Shown: piece by piece, positions 27,866 to 36,780 of the stretch | Position numbering within the stretch: position 1 is the stretch's first letter | How the letters are laid out: every line of letters begins with the position of its first letter | From: an uncultured Caldilineaceae bacterium | Lineage (GTDB): Bacteria; Chloroflexota; Anaerolineae; Caldilineales; Caldilineaceae | Assembly: GCA_958295915.1 (NCBI GenBank) | Contig: OY282381.1 | Coordinates: 144,722-208,721 of the forward strand | Direction: 5' to 3' | DNA: 64,000 bases | Translations under genes and position numbers: made by a program | Notes under the pieces: generated by a model | What the model was told of the DNA's origin: nothing | The model's input: only the letters and a program-made list of their open reading frames with translations | Database searches by the model: none

Positions 27866-28619
27866 CCCATGGTCTCTCCCTCTCCCCAAAGTTCATCTCG
27901 GTGTCCGTCCCTCGCACAATCACGGCCTTCCAGCGGTCTCCAAAGGAGTTGACGTCCGCTTGGCGCACCCATGTGGGCACGTAGCGCAGGGTCAGGCCAC
28001 AGCGCCGCCTTTGCGATCGATTGGGCAGGCTGCCGTGAATCAGCGTGCCGTCATGGATGGATATCTGACCGGCCCGCAAGGGCAGATCCACTGCACTGGC
28101 TGCTTGCGCCGGCGTCATGTGGACCTCCTGATTGACGCTGAGGAGATTGCCCACCTGCTGGGCTTTGCCGTGCTCTAACACGCCGGAAACGTGTGTGCTG
28201 GGGATCACCTGCATACAGCCATTTTCTACATCGCTGTTGTCGACAGCGTACCAGGCCGTGATGGCCAACGGCGGCTCCAAGCCCCAAAACGTCACGTCCT
28301 GATGCCAGGCGACAAAGGCCTCCGCCTGATCGCCTTCGCCGTATTTATTAAAGAAGTGGGTCGCCAGCAGCAAAACATTCGGACCGATCAGAGCTTCGAT
28401 GGCGTCCAGAATCGTGGGGTGTGTGGCAAGCTCCCAGATGAACTTCTTCTCAAAATGATAGTCCACCAGACCGATCTGGGCCGTTTCCGTGCCCACCCGG
28501 GCTTCCAAATCATCAAAGGCCTGACGGTAGCGGGTTACCTGTGGTTCTTCGATCACATCGATGGCGTTGAGATAGCCGTCCCGCTTATATGCCTCGACCT
28601 GTGCAGCGGAAAGGGTCAT
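27858..28619 (-). CDS. Phytanoyl-CoA dioxygenase (PhyH) family Fe(II)/2-oxoglutarate oxygenase
   Basis: AYKRDGYLNAIDVI and the HxD motif WHQD. ATG 28619 preceded by AAGGAGGAAAT. Confidence 0.82.
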   Translation of the reverse strand: MTLSAAQVEAYKRDGYLNAIDVIEEPQVTRYRQAFDDLEARVGTETAQIGLVDYHFEKKFIWELATHPTILDAIEALIGPNVLLLATHFFNKYGEGDQAEAFVAWHQDVTFWGLEPPLAITAWYAVDNSDVENGCMQVIPSTHVSGVLEHGKAQQVGNLLSVNQEVHMTPAQAASAVDLPLRAGQISIHDGTLIHGSLPNRSQRRRCGLTLRYVPTWVRQADVNSFGDRWKAVIVRGTDTEMNFGERERPWAM

Positions 28620-28805
28620 GATTTCCTCCTTGGCAGAAATAGACTTGTCACCTTCTGAGAATACCGCCAGTACGCCGGGAATGCAAGATGACAGAATGGG
28701 AGGAATGGGCTGCAAAGCTGTCGGAGATATGATATACTTAGCATCAGGAACGATAGAAACCCTCTTTCATGGCACTTGGCGCCTGAATCGGATGAGGAGA
28801 ACGTC

Positions 28806-29240
28806 ATGGCAGAAAACCGACAACCCGGCTGGGTCACAGATCACATTCGCCGCTATCTCGCATCCAATGGTGAGGACGGACATATCTGGAACGATGTGCC
28901 GACACTGTTGCTGACCACCACCGGCCGACGCACAGGCAAGCCGCGCACCACACCGCTCATCTACAGCAAGGCCGAAAGCCTTCGAGACGGTGACAGCTAT
29001 GTGGTCATCGCCTCCCGCGGCGGCGCGCGCCATCACCCGTCCTGGTATCTCAATCTGGTCGAGACGCCTGCCGTGCAGGTACAGGTTGGCGCAGAATGCT
29101 TCGATGCCACGGCCCGCACCGCTACAACAGAAGAAAAGCAGCCTCTGTGGGATCGTATGGCGGCGATCTGGCCCGCGTACAACGACTACCAGGCCAAAAC
29201 CGATCGCGATATTCCTGTCGTTATTCTGGAACGGGTCTGA
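28806..29240 (+). CDS. Deazaflavin (F420)-dependent nitroreductase-family oxidoreductase
   Basis: LLTTTGRRTGKPRTTPLIY, HPSWYLNL and IPVVILERV blocks. GAGGAG 6 nt upstream of ATG 28806. Confidence 0.8.
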   Translation: MAENRQPGWVTDHIRRYLASNGEDGHIWNDVPTLLLTTTGRRTGKPRTTPLIYSKAESLRDGDSYVVIASRGGARHHPSWYLNLVETPAVQVQVGAECFDATARTATTEEKQPLWDRMAAIWPAYNDYQAKTDRDIPVVILERV

Positions 29241-29286
29241 CCGATTGCGGCCTCGTTGACGCGCCTTGCGTCAGCAAGAAGCGAAT

Positions 29287-30093
29287 ATGAACCGATCCTC
29301 AGTCAGCAGTCAGCGCACTGTCCAACATGCGTCTCCCGTTGCCCGCTCCTTCCATCTCCCCACTCCCGTCGCCATCCGCGCTGTCGAGACCGACAACTAC
29401 CGTACGAAAACCTTCGTGCTCGACGCGAGCTTGGACGCGGAGCCAGGTCAGTTTGTGATGGCCTGGCTGCCACGCTTCGATGAGAAGCCCTTTTCCCTGG
29501 TCGATGCCGACCCGGTTACGCTGATGATCACAGCGGTCGGACCGTTCACCCGCCTGCTCCACGAAAAGCGCCCGGGGCATTCTCTCTGGCTTCGGGGGCC
29601 GTTCGGCAATGGTTATCGGGCGCCTCGGCCAGGACTGCGCGTAGCTCTGGTGGGCGGAGGCTATGGAGTGGCCCCTTTGCTATGGCTGGCCCGGAGCTGT
29701 CGGCAGCGGATGGCTGCGCTGACTGTTGTGATCGGCGCGGCCACAGCCGCAGATCTGTTGTGCGCTGAGCGCTTCTCCCCGTTGCTGGAAACGTCTGCAG
29801 GCGGCGACGCAGCGCGGGCGCTTCTCCTCTGCACGGAGGACGGCAGCGCGGGTCTGACCGGGCGGGTTACCGATGTTCTGACAACTCGGTTGGCCGCAGG
29901 CGAGATCGATCTGATCTGCGCTTGTGGCCCTCACGGCATGCTGGCCGCTCTCGATCGCCTGGGCGAAGACTATGGCGTCCCGCGGCAGCTTTCCTGGGAA
30001 GCGTATATGCGTTGCGGCATTGGTATCTGCGGCTCCTGCGAACACGATGGCAAGGTGCTGTGCCTGGACGGGCCGGTGTTGCAACATGGATAG
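29287..30093 (+). CDS. PyrK-like FAD/NAD-binding iron-sulfur electron-transfer protein
   Basis: PGQFVMAWLP, GGGYGVAPL and the 2Fe-2S cluster motif CGIGICGSCEHDG. No pyrD or gltD-like partner in the window. Confidence 0.75.
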   Translation: MNRSSVSSQRTVQHASPVARSFHLPTPVAIRAVETDNYRTKTFVLDASLDAEPGQFVMAWLPRFDEKPFSLVDADPVTLMITAVGPFTRLLHEKRPGHSLWLRGPFGNGYRAPRPGLRVALVGGGYGVAPLLWLARSCRQRMAALTVVIGAATAADLLCAERFSPLLETSAGGDAARALLLCTEDGSAGLTGRVTDVLTTRLAAGEIDLICACGPHGMLAALDRLGEDYGVPRQLSWEAYMRCGIGICGSCEHDGKVLCLDGPVLQHG

Positions 30094-30165
30094 GGACGTT
30101 ACCCGAGTATCCCACGTCAACAGCCAGGGTTGGTAGCGAAGTTGGGCAGGCACAAGGCCGGCCCC

Positions 30166-31272
30166 CTACCACTGGCCAGTGATCGGTTCTGGCGTCAACT
30201 CCGCGGCTGCGGGCAGGCCGTGGGCAGGCGTGGCGTTGCGGATGCCGTCGAGAACCGCGGCGGTGACTACGTCGGCGGCTATAGCCCCAAGCAGGCTCAA
30301 TTCGAAGGGAGAATCCAGGGTAGCGGTTGCCAGGGCAAATAGACAGTCGCCGTCGTAGAGCGTATGGGCCGGACGAGTTGTGCGACTGACACCGGTCTGG
30401 GCCATCTGCGCCAATTTTGTGGCTTCGGATTTATTGAGGGAAAGATTGGTGGCGATGACCCCGATTGTCGTATTTTCCTGCATTGGGTAAGAAGCTGACG
30501 GCTTGGCGTCCCGCGCGGACTGGGCCGCAGAGTCTCCTCCAGTTGAATGGCGCAACGATGCCTGAAAGCTGGGAGGTTGCGCCATCCAAGGCGGTGGTCG
30601 AAAGAAGAAGGAGTCGAAACGCGCGGCGGCCACGGATACACTATCCACCAGCCGCCCGCTTTCCGGGTCCCGGGAGCCGGCCACCAGTTCTGCCCGCGCC
30701 GGATCCACTACATCGCCGAATGCGTTCACCGCCACCGCGGCGGCCACCACCGCGCCGCCGGGCAGGGCCACTGATGCCTGGCCCAAACCGCCCCGGGTGG
30801 CGTTCACCGTTCCCAACACTTTGCCCACCGTGCAGCCGACGCCCGCGCCGACAGAGCCGCGGCTGCCGTTCGCCGTGGTGGCGGTCTCGCAGGCAGCGTA
30901 GGCATCCTGCTGGGTTGGGTAGACAGTAGAGCCGGCAAACCCCAAATCATAAAGAATTGCCGCCGGCACGATCGGCACAGGCGCGGCCGGCGTCGGCCAA
31001 CCATAGCCCTGTTCAGCCAGCCAACAGACAACCCCATGAGCAGCCCCCAGTCCGTAGGCCGAGCCGCCGCTGAGGAGGATGCCGTGAACCTGATCCACGC
31101 GATTTATCGGATTGAGCAGCGCGGTTTCGCGAGTGCCAGGGGCCGAGCCGCGCACATCCACGCCGCAACAAGCGCCCTCCGGCGCCAAAACGACCGTGCA
31201 GCCGGTGCCGTGGAGGAGATCCGACCAATGCCCGACCAGCAGGCCGGGCACGTCTGCAAGAGCATTATTCAC
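30166..31272 (-). CDS. P1/S58 family peptidase (DmpA-like aminopeptidase)
   Basis: GLLVGHWSD, GCTVVLAPEG, DVRGSAPGTRE and LSGGSAYGL. GTG start. Confidence 0.82.
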   Translation of the reverse strand: MNNALADVPGLLVGHWSDLLHGTGCTVVLAPEGACCGVDVRGSAPGTRETALLNPINRVDQVHGILLSGGSAYGLGAAHGVVCWLAEQGYGWPTPAAPVPIVPAAILYDLGFAGSTVYPTQQDAYAACETATTANGSRGSVGAGVGCTVGKVLGTVNATRGGLGQASVALPGGAVVAAAVAVNAFGDVVDPARAELVAGSRDPESGRLVDSVSVAAARFDSFFFRPPPWMAQPPSFQASLRHSTGGDSAAQSARDAKPSASYPMQENTTIGVIATNLSLNKSEATKLAQMAQTGVSRTTRPAHTLYDGDCLFALATATLDSPFELSLLGAIAADVVTAAVLDGIRNATPAHGLPAAAELTPEPITGQW

Positions 31273-31732
31273 CGCTCGCCATTCTCGTGGTCACTTGCCT
31301 TTTCAGATAGGCCATGAGAACGTGGAGGGCGCGCAGGCGCTGTGGAGAGATCGCTTCATGCAGGCCGAGGAGGTAGTGAATGTCGTCCGGTGTGTGCAAC
31401 AGCTCATCTGGAGATACGCGGGACAGCCCTTCCTGCACGACCGCTGCGTAGCCCCGTACCGTCGGGGCTTCTCTCGGCACATCGATGTAAATATGCACGC
31501 CGGCATCGATGATTTCAACAAAGAGAAAGATCGGCGTCTGACATTCGTGAACCTGCTCCATCTGATCCCGGGCTTCGTGAAGAAAATCCGGCAGATCCGG
31601 CATATTCATGGAAAAGTCGAGCAGGTATTCCAAGCGCTCCCGCGGGTCCATAGAGCGGAACTCTTCAATAATCTCTCGTAGGGACGGTGGAGTCCGTTCG
31701 ATCTTTTCTTCAAGCGTGAGGTTGAAATCCAT
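31265..31732 (-). CDS. sufE: SufE-family sulfur acceptor protein
   Basis: Active-site context VHECQTPIFLF and a conserved C-terminal helix region. Confidence 0.75.
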   Translation of the reverse strand: MDFNLTLEEKIERTPPSLREIIEEFRSMDPRERLEYLLDFSMNMPDLPDFLHEARDQMEQVHECQTPIFLFVEIIDAGVHIYIDVPREAPTVRGYAAVVQEGLSRVSPDELLHTPDDIHYLLGLHEAISPQRLRALHVLMAYLKRQVTTRMASGE

Positions 31733-31764
31733 ACAATTTCGTTATTGTTTCTTTATTTGGCAAT

Positions 31765-31793
31765 TGAATTTCGTATGATTGCGCTCATGCCTC
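31765..31793. repeat. Repeat family H copy, intergenic
   Basis: TTGAATTTCGTATGATTGCGCTCATGCCTC. Confidence 0.6.
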
Positions 31794-31855
31794 GGCAGAT
31801 CGGTTCTTGCCTCAGTCTTCTGTCAGTATTGGGCCTATTTTGAGCGTCTGACGTA

Positions 31856-32281
31856 TCATGGCAAGATCGACAGCAGGTCTTGCAGCAGCGGGATGGCAAT
31901 GCCGGCAATGCCGAAACCCAGCATCCACTTCAACAAGCGCAATTCCGACTTCACGGCTGCCACATCGCTTTGCAGTTCAGATCTCAGACCCGTCATATCG
32001 CTTTGCAGTTCAGATCTCAGACCCGTCATATCACTTTGCAGTTCAGCTTTCAGACCCGCCATATCGCTTTTCAGCTCAGCTTTCAGACCCGCCATATCGC
32101 TTTTCAGCTCAGCTTTCAGACCCGCCATATCGCTTTTCAGCTCAGCTTTCAACGCCTGCATGTCGGTCTTCAACGCCTGCATGTCGGTCTTTAACGCCTG
32201 CATGTCGGCCTTGGTCGCCAGATGTTCGTAGGCGCCCTCGATGCGGGCAATGCGTTCCCCGTCCGCTGTTCTTTGTGTCAT
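31856..32281 (-). CDS. Tail-anchored coiled-coil repeat protein (paralog of 50405..50884)
   Basis: ERIARIEGAYEHLATKADMQ head, 3 x DMQALKT heptads, about 7 x 11-residue LKAELKSDMAG units, and a C-terminal TM LKWMLGFGIAGIAIPLLQDLLSILP. Confidence 0.8.
   Translation of the reverse strand: MTQRTADGERIARIEGAYEHLATKADMQALKTDMQALKTDMQALKAELKSDMAGLKAELKSDMAGLKAELKSDMAGLKAELQSDMTGLRSELQSDMTGLRSELQSDVAAVKSELRLLKWMLGFGIAGIAIPLLQDLLSILP
31964..32212. repeat. Coding tandem repeats: about six 33-nt units then three 21-nt units
   Basis: The unit ATCGCTTTGCAGTTCAGATCTCAGACCCGTCAT and variants, then CAACGCCTGCATGTCGGTCTT x3. Confidence 0.9.
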
Positions 32282-32492
32282 TGTCGCGAGTCGCCCTTCA
32301 TTTCATTGGTAAGGCTGCTTGCAGCCCGTTCCCAGGCTTTCCGCGCCGCCGCAGGCGAGACATACATAGCCGTTGCGCCAGGAGGTCGGTCGCTTGTGTC
32401 GTGTCCGAATATGACGAACGACCAGCGCATGCCCCGCCCCTGCTTCACCAGCCCGGAGCAGGGCGCACCCAGCAGCACGGGCGCCGCCTGAT

Positions 32493-32696
32493 TCAGGCAG
32501 CCTTCGAGCGTTTGAGGACCGGCAGGCCGTTCTTGCTCTCGGACACTTCATAGCCTTCCGGTACAGCATCCAGCGCGTCCTCCTTCACCTCTTTGGCGAA
32601 AAAGTAGAGAGTCTGTTGGCGGCCATTACGCAGGGTTGTTTCCCGGGAATGCAGGTAGTAGGTGTTGCCCCTTGAGTTTGTATGCGCGTACGCCAT
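32493..32696 (-). CDS. Small conserved-looking hypothetical protein (67 aa)
   Basis: MAYAHTNSRGNTYYLHSRE...LYFFAKE...EGYEVSESKNGLPVLKR. GGAG upstream of ATG 32696. Confidence 0.55.
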   Translation of the reverse strand: MAYAHTNSRGNTYYLHSRETTLRNGRQQTLYFFAKEVKEDALDAVPEGYEVSESKNGLPVLKRSKAA

Positions 32697-32872
32697 GGGA
32701 GGCTCCTTTCCTCTGACTCTGTGCAATCATCGACTTCGGTATTCTTGAGAACCTTGCGTCTGATGGTTCCGATTCGGTGCGAACTTTGGGTGATGTGTTT
32801 CAGTCGCGGTTATCTTATTCGCTCAGCAATTGTAATCCATCTATCAAAAAAACAAAAATGTCGCCCATTTCT

Positions 32873-33676
32873 TTACAGGGGAGGATGCTGCTTCACGGAT
32901 CGGGTGGCGATGTATGTATCGGTAAAGTCTGCCGGCGGCTGCCCCTCCCAACGATCTTCATAAAAACCGGTCAACACGAAACCGGCGTCGAGCTGGCCGG
33001 CGATCTGGTCGGTGAGCGTGTGGCCGAACTCCAGAGCCTCACTGGCACGAATATACGCCTGCCGTTCTGCCTCTGGAATACTAATGAGATCTGAATAGGG
33101 AAGTTTGTGGCGCACATCCAGGATGCCGTCATCGATCTTCTGTTGATCGAAAAGAAATAGTACGGGATTGACAAACCCCGCGAGCAGGACACCGCCGGGC
33201 TTCAGCACACGAGAACACTCCCGCCACAGTGGGCGCACATCCGGGATGAAAAGATTCGAGCAAGGGTTGACGATCAGATCGAAATGCCGATCGGCAAAGA
33301 CGCGCAGATCCCGCATATCCCCTTCGACGGTGGCCAGCGTCAGACTTTCCCTGGCGGCCACGTAGCGGTCCTGGGCGAGCTGCCGGGGCGAATTGTCGAG
33401 AACGGTCACACGCGCGCCGACACTTTCCCCGGCGGCGGCCAGCAGGGGCCCCTGCTGGCCGCCGCCGGACGCCAAACAGAGAATCTCAGCGCCGGTAAAA
33501 TCTGGGAACCAATCCCGAGGCGTCGCTTTCGTTGGGGTCAGGTTGATCTGCCAGGCGCCCCGCCGAGCCTTCGAAATCGCCATCATCCCTACGGGAATCG
33601 TCCACTGACTTTTTCGATCGACCGCTAGATCCCAAGCATCCCGGTTATGGGAACGAATATCTATAGATTGTTCCAT
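32873..33676 (-). CDS. Class I SAM-dependent methyltransferase
   Basis: Motif [17 protein letters not shown] and post-I VTVLDNS. Confidence 0.85.
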   Translation of the reverse strand: MEQSIDIRSHNRDAWDLAVDRKSQWTIPVGMMAISKARRGAWQINLTPTKATPRDWFPDFTGAEILCLASGGGQQGPLLAAAGESVGARVTVLDNSPRQLAQDRYVAARESLTLATVEGDMRDLRVFADRHFDLIVNPCSNLFIPDVRPLWRECSRVLKPGGVLLAGFVNPVLFLFDQQKIDDGILDVRHKLPYSDLISIPEAERQAYIRASEALEFGHTLTDQIAGQLDAGFVLTGFYEDRWEGQPPADFTDTYIATRSVKQHPPL

Positions 33677-33691
33677 GAATCCCTACATGGT

Positions 33692-34618
33692 TCACCTGTC
33701 TCCCGCCTCTTCTTCCCCTTTCAAACTCTTGCGGTAGGGGGGCGGCGCTTCATCGTTCTGTTGCCTACTCGTTCTGTTGCCTACTCTTTCCAGCGCGCTC
33801 TTTCGGCGCGCGGACCGCTCCTGTTGGATCTGTTCACTCATGCCTGGGAGCGGCCCTTCCCGCATGACGCAGATGATCTCTGCCAGAATGCAGACGGCGA
33901 TCTCCGCTGGGGTGATGGCGCCTATGTCGATACCGATGGGCGCGCGTACGCGGTCGAACTTCGACGCCGGAATGCTCCGCTCCGTTTCCAGTAGTTCAAA
34001 GACCGCGCGGATGCGTCGTCGGCTGCCGATCATTCCCAGATAGGCCACAGGATCATCTACTACTTCCAGTAGGCAGTCGATGTCGTGCTGGTGTCCTCGG
34101 GTGACGAGGACGAGAGAGGTGTCGTTGTCGAAAACGGGTCTACCCTGGCGCAGTTCGTCAAGCATCGGGCGGAACGGCCCGGCCACCACCCGGTCAGCGG
34201 TCGGGAAACGAGCGGGATGGGCATATTGGGGGCGATCATCCAAGACTGTCACCAGAAAGTCGCAGGTCTTGGCCATAGAGGCCAAGGGCACGGCGATGTG
34301 CCCGGCCCCGGCAATGATCAGATGGGGTGGTCGCGCCTGCACCTCCGCAAACGCTGTAAAATTGCCGTTCTCCAAGGCATAATGGAACTGTCGATGTGTC
34401 TTCCCCGCTATCGCGTTGCGTGCATCGGCGAAAACGGAACGACTCTGTTCGCCTAGGCCCAGATCCCCCACCGGGCAGCGTTCTGGCTGGGGCCAGACGA
34501 CAGCATGGCGGCTCACGGCTTGGGCATAGACGCCATCGCCGGCGGTGATAGTGACGAGTGCCACAGATTCTCTTTGTTCGACCGCATCGATCAGTGCCTG
34601 GAGCACCTGTTTCTGCAT
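33692..34618 (-). CDS. XdhC/CoxI-family molybdoenzyme maturation protein (N-terminal plus Rossmann domains)
   Basis: VALVTITAGDG N-terminal domain and IIAGAGHIAVPLA Rossmann domain. Confidence 0.8.
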   Translation of the reverse strand: MQKQVLQALIDAVEQRESVALVTITAGDGVYAQAVSRHAVVWPQPERCPVGDLGLGEQSRSVFADARNAIAGKTHRQFHYALENGNFTAFAEVQARPPHLIIAGAGHIAVPLASMAKTCDFLVTVLDDRPQYAHPARFPTADRVVAGPFRPMLDELRQGRPVFDNDTSLVLVTRGHQHDIDCLLEVVDDPVAYLGMIGSRRRIRAVFELLETERSIPASKFDRVRAPIGIDIGAITPAEIAVCILAEIICVMREGPLPGMSEQIQQERSARRKSALERVGNRTSRQQNDEAPPPYRKSLKGEEEAGDR

Positions 34619-34686
34619 GATTATTCTGACTATCCTGATTCGTGGATGCCGAGCGTGAAACGGGTGCGCTCAGCATCATTTGCGTT

Positions 34687-34715
34687 TAGGCACGTACCGA
34701 TCTAAGTGCTAGAAT
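34687..34715 (+). promoter_or_regulatory. Extended -10 promoter for the TerC gene (TAGGCA-17 nt-TGcTAGAAT)
   Basis: TG at 34707-34708 and TAGAAT at 34710-34715. Supports ATG 34784 as the start. Confidence 0.45.
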
Positions 34716-34783
34716 CCGTCATGATCAGGATATTTTTCAGCCCACCCTTCCTTCTCCAGGCGCAAGGGGTTAAGGAACGCCCG

Positions 34784-35560
34784 ATGGAACTTTTACACGC
34801 CGAAAACTTGGTCGCTCTGCTGACTCTTGTGCTGTTGGAGATCGTTCTAGGCATCGACAATGTGATTTTTATTGCGATCTTGAGCGGCAAACTGCCCCCG
34901 GAGCAGCAGGGCCGGGCCCGTTCCATAGGGATTGGGCTGGCTGTGGTAACCCGCATAGCGCTGCTGTTCAGCATCACGTGGATTATGCGGCTGACCCAAC
35001 CGCTGTTTTCTCCCTTCGCTCATGAAATCTCCGGGCGGGATCTGATTCTGCTGATCGGCGGCCTCTTTCTGATCGGCAAAAGCACATTTGAAATTCACGA
35101 AAAATTGGAAGCGCCGGAACAGGGCAGCGCAACCAAGGCGGCCGCAACGTTCGTATCTGTCATCACACAGATTATACTTATCGACATTGTTTTCTCACTG
35201 GATTCGGTTATCACAGCAGTGGGGATCTCAGGCAATCTCTGGGTGATGGCGCCAGCAGTGATCATTGCCGCTGCGGTGATGCTCTTCTTTGCTGGACCGA
35301 TCGCTGCCTACGTTGAACGCCATCCGACGATGAAAATTCTGGCGTTGGCCTTTCTGATCCTCATCGGATTCCTGCTGGTGTTGGAAGGCTGGCTCCACAA
35401 AACAGTTGAGGATCTGCATCTGAAAAACTATGCCTATTTTGCCATGGCATTTTCTATCATTGTAGAGATGATCAACATACGCGTGCGCGAAAAATCCCAA
35501 CCGGTTCACCTGCACAGCCGCTTGGCGACAAAGCCGCCTAGCGACCTCGAACGGCAGTGA
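34784..35560 (+). CDS. TerC-family integral membrane protein
   Basis: LEIVLGIDNVIFIA and a second DSVITAVG repeat, with multiple TM segments. Confidence 0.88.
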   Translation: MELLHAENLVALLTLVLLEIVLGIDNVIFIAILSGKLPPEQQGRARSIGIGLAVVTRIALLFSITWIMRLTQPLFSPFAHEISGRDLILLIGGLFLIGKSTFEIHEKLEAPEQGSATKAAATFVSVITQIILIDIVFSLDSVITAVGISGNLWVMAPAVIIAAAVMLFFAGPIAAYVERHPTMKILALAFLILIGFLLVLEGWLHKTVEDLHLKNYAYFAMAFSIIVEMINIRVREKSQPVHLHSRLATKPPSDLERQ

Positions 35561-35596
35561 TGCTGAGTGGCCCAGAGGGCGCGCCCCGCTTTGCGA

Positions 35597-35968
35597 TCAG
35601 CGGTGCATTCCGAATTCGGAATTGGTCGATTCCGAATTGGGCGTATCCACTTCCTCCCCCCAGCGCTCGATGAACACATCCATCACGCCACCGCAGACAC
35701 CCAGGCTATTCATAGAGATATCTTCGGTCAAGTCCACGTGAACTGTGCGTGGAAGCCCGTTCTCAATTACGTCCAGCCCGGCGCGGATCACATCCGCCTC
35801 GCCGCAACCTCCGCCGACCGTACCCACATGCCGGCCAAGTGGATGGATGAGCATCTTTGCGCCCACTTCCCTGGGCACAGAGCCTTTGGCATCCACAATT
35901 GTGGCCACGGCGACGGTCTGCTTCTCGTCCAACATTTTCTGCAAATACTGATAGATTGTTGCTGCCAA
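35597..35968 (-). CDS. XdhC N-terminal-domain-only protein
   Basis: VAVATIVDAKGSVPREVGAKML ... GTVGGGCGE ... GGVMDVFIE. TTG start. Confidence 0.75.
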   Translation of the reverse strand: MAATIYQYLQKMLDEKQTVAVATIVDAKGSVPREVGAKMLIHPLGRHVGTVGGGCGEADVIRAGLDVIENGLPRTVHVDLTEDISMNSLGVCGGVMDVFIERWGEEVDTPNSESTNSEFGMHR

Positions 35969-35977
35969 GGTAGTCCC

Positions 35978-36730
35978 CTATCCTCTTTTCTCAAACTCCT
36001 CCCGCAATGCGTCGTATTCTGCAGGCACATCCATATCCCGGCGGATGCTGTCAGTGTCCAACGCCACGTAGACGATCTCCTCGCTGTAGCGATTCAGCAG
36101 ATCCCGTAATGATTGTTCTTTTCCCAGCGTCAGCAGCGCCGGCCACAACCAACGCGGCAAGTAAACAGGGTGTCCCCGTCGTCGATTGTGGCTGGGAATC
36201 ACGACCGCTGCGGGCTTTGTCTGAGCCTCGACGATGATCTGGTGGATCACACTTGCAGGCATATGCGGCTGATCGCCCAGGGCCAGCAGCGCGCCACTGG
36301 CTGACGCCTGCCCGTCGAGTAGCGCTTGAATCCCCACCTGATAGGAACGCAACATTTCATGGCGCGCGTAGTCGGGATTGGGGACAACCCAAGCCGGTCC
36401 AGCGGCCAGATGGTCTGCGACTTCAGCGGCGCGATGCCCGGTAATCACCAACACCGGCGTCGCGCCGCCGCGGGCAAGCGCATCCACGACAGACTCGATG
36501 ACCGTCCTGCTATCCCAGGGCAGTAGCGGCTTGAAACGCCCCATACGTCGGCTGAATCCGGCGGCCGCTACGACCGCGGCCACTGGCAACTCGGACGGCG
36601 CAACCTCCCATCGGCCTGATGATTGGGGGAACCCAGTCAAATCGTCCACCTTTGTTCTCCGGCCCAACCAACGCTCGCTACTGGCATCCATATATTCAGT
36701 ATACCACACGATTTCTACTCTGCTATCCAT
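35978..36730 (-). CDS. MobA/MocA-like molybdenum cofactor nucleotidyltransferase
   Basis: AAAGFSRRMGRFKPLLPW and ALGDQP motifs. Has an N-terminal extension of about 50 aa, so the true start may be further in. Confidence 0.75.
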   Translation of the reverse strand: MDSRVEIVWYTEYMDASSERWLGRRTKVDDLTGFPQSSGRWEVAPSELPVAAVVAAAGFSRRMGRFKPLLPWDSRTVIESVVDALARGGATPVLVITGHRAAEVADHLAAGPAWVVPNPDYARHEMLRSYQVGIQALLDGQASASGALLALGDQPHMPASVIHQIIVEAQTKPAAVVIPSHNRRRGHPVYLPRWLWPALLTLGKEQSLRDLLNRYSEEIVYVALDTDSIRRDMDVPAEYDALREEFEKRG

Positions 36731-36780
36731 TCTCCCCCAGGAATTCGCGCGCCACCTGTATAGAGTGCTATACTCTTTGT

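Noticed and set aside
31964-32212. Regular short tandem repeats that could be mistaken for a CRISPR array or non-coding VNTR
   Set aside because: The units (33 and 21 nt) are contiguous with no unique spacers. They lie entirely within an ORF whose translation gives a clean heptad/hendecad coiled coil. The same holds for 50549-50764.
34619-34783. Possible yybP-ykoY (manganese) riboswitch upstream of the TerC gene
   Set aside because: I looked for the conserved GGGGAGUAG / UUGACA-type cores and the four-way junction arrangement and did not see them. The leader predicted from the extended -10 promoter is only about 60 nt. A covariance-model scan would be decisive.
35597-35645. CCGAATTCGGAATTGGTCGATTCCGAATTGGG at the 3' end of the XdhC-N gene as another family B copy
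   Set aside because: It shares only the GAATTCGG-like end motif, and the core (TTCGCACGATGCGC / CTGCGGCGCGCTCA) is absent. It may be a degenerate remnant but cannot be supported.
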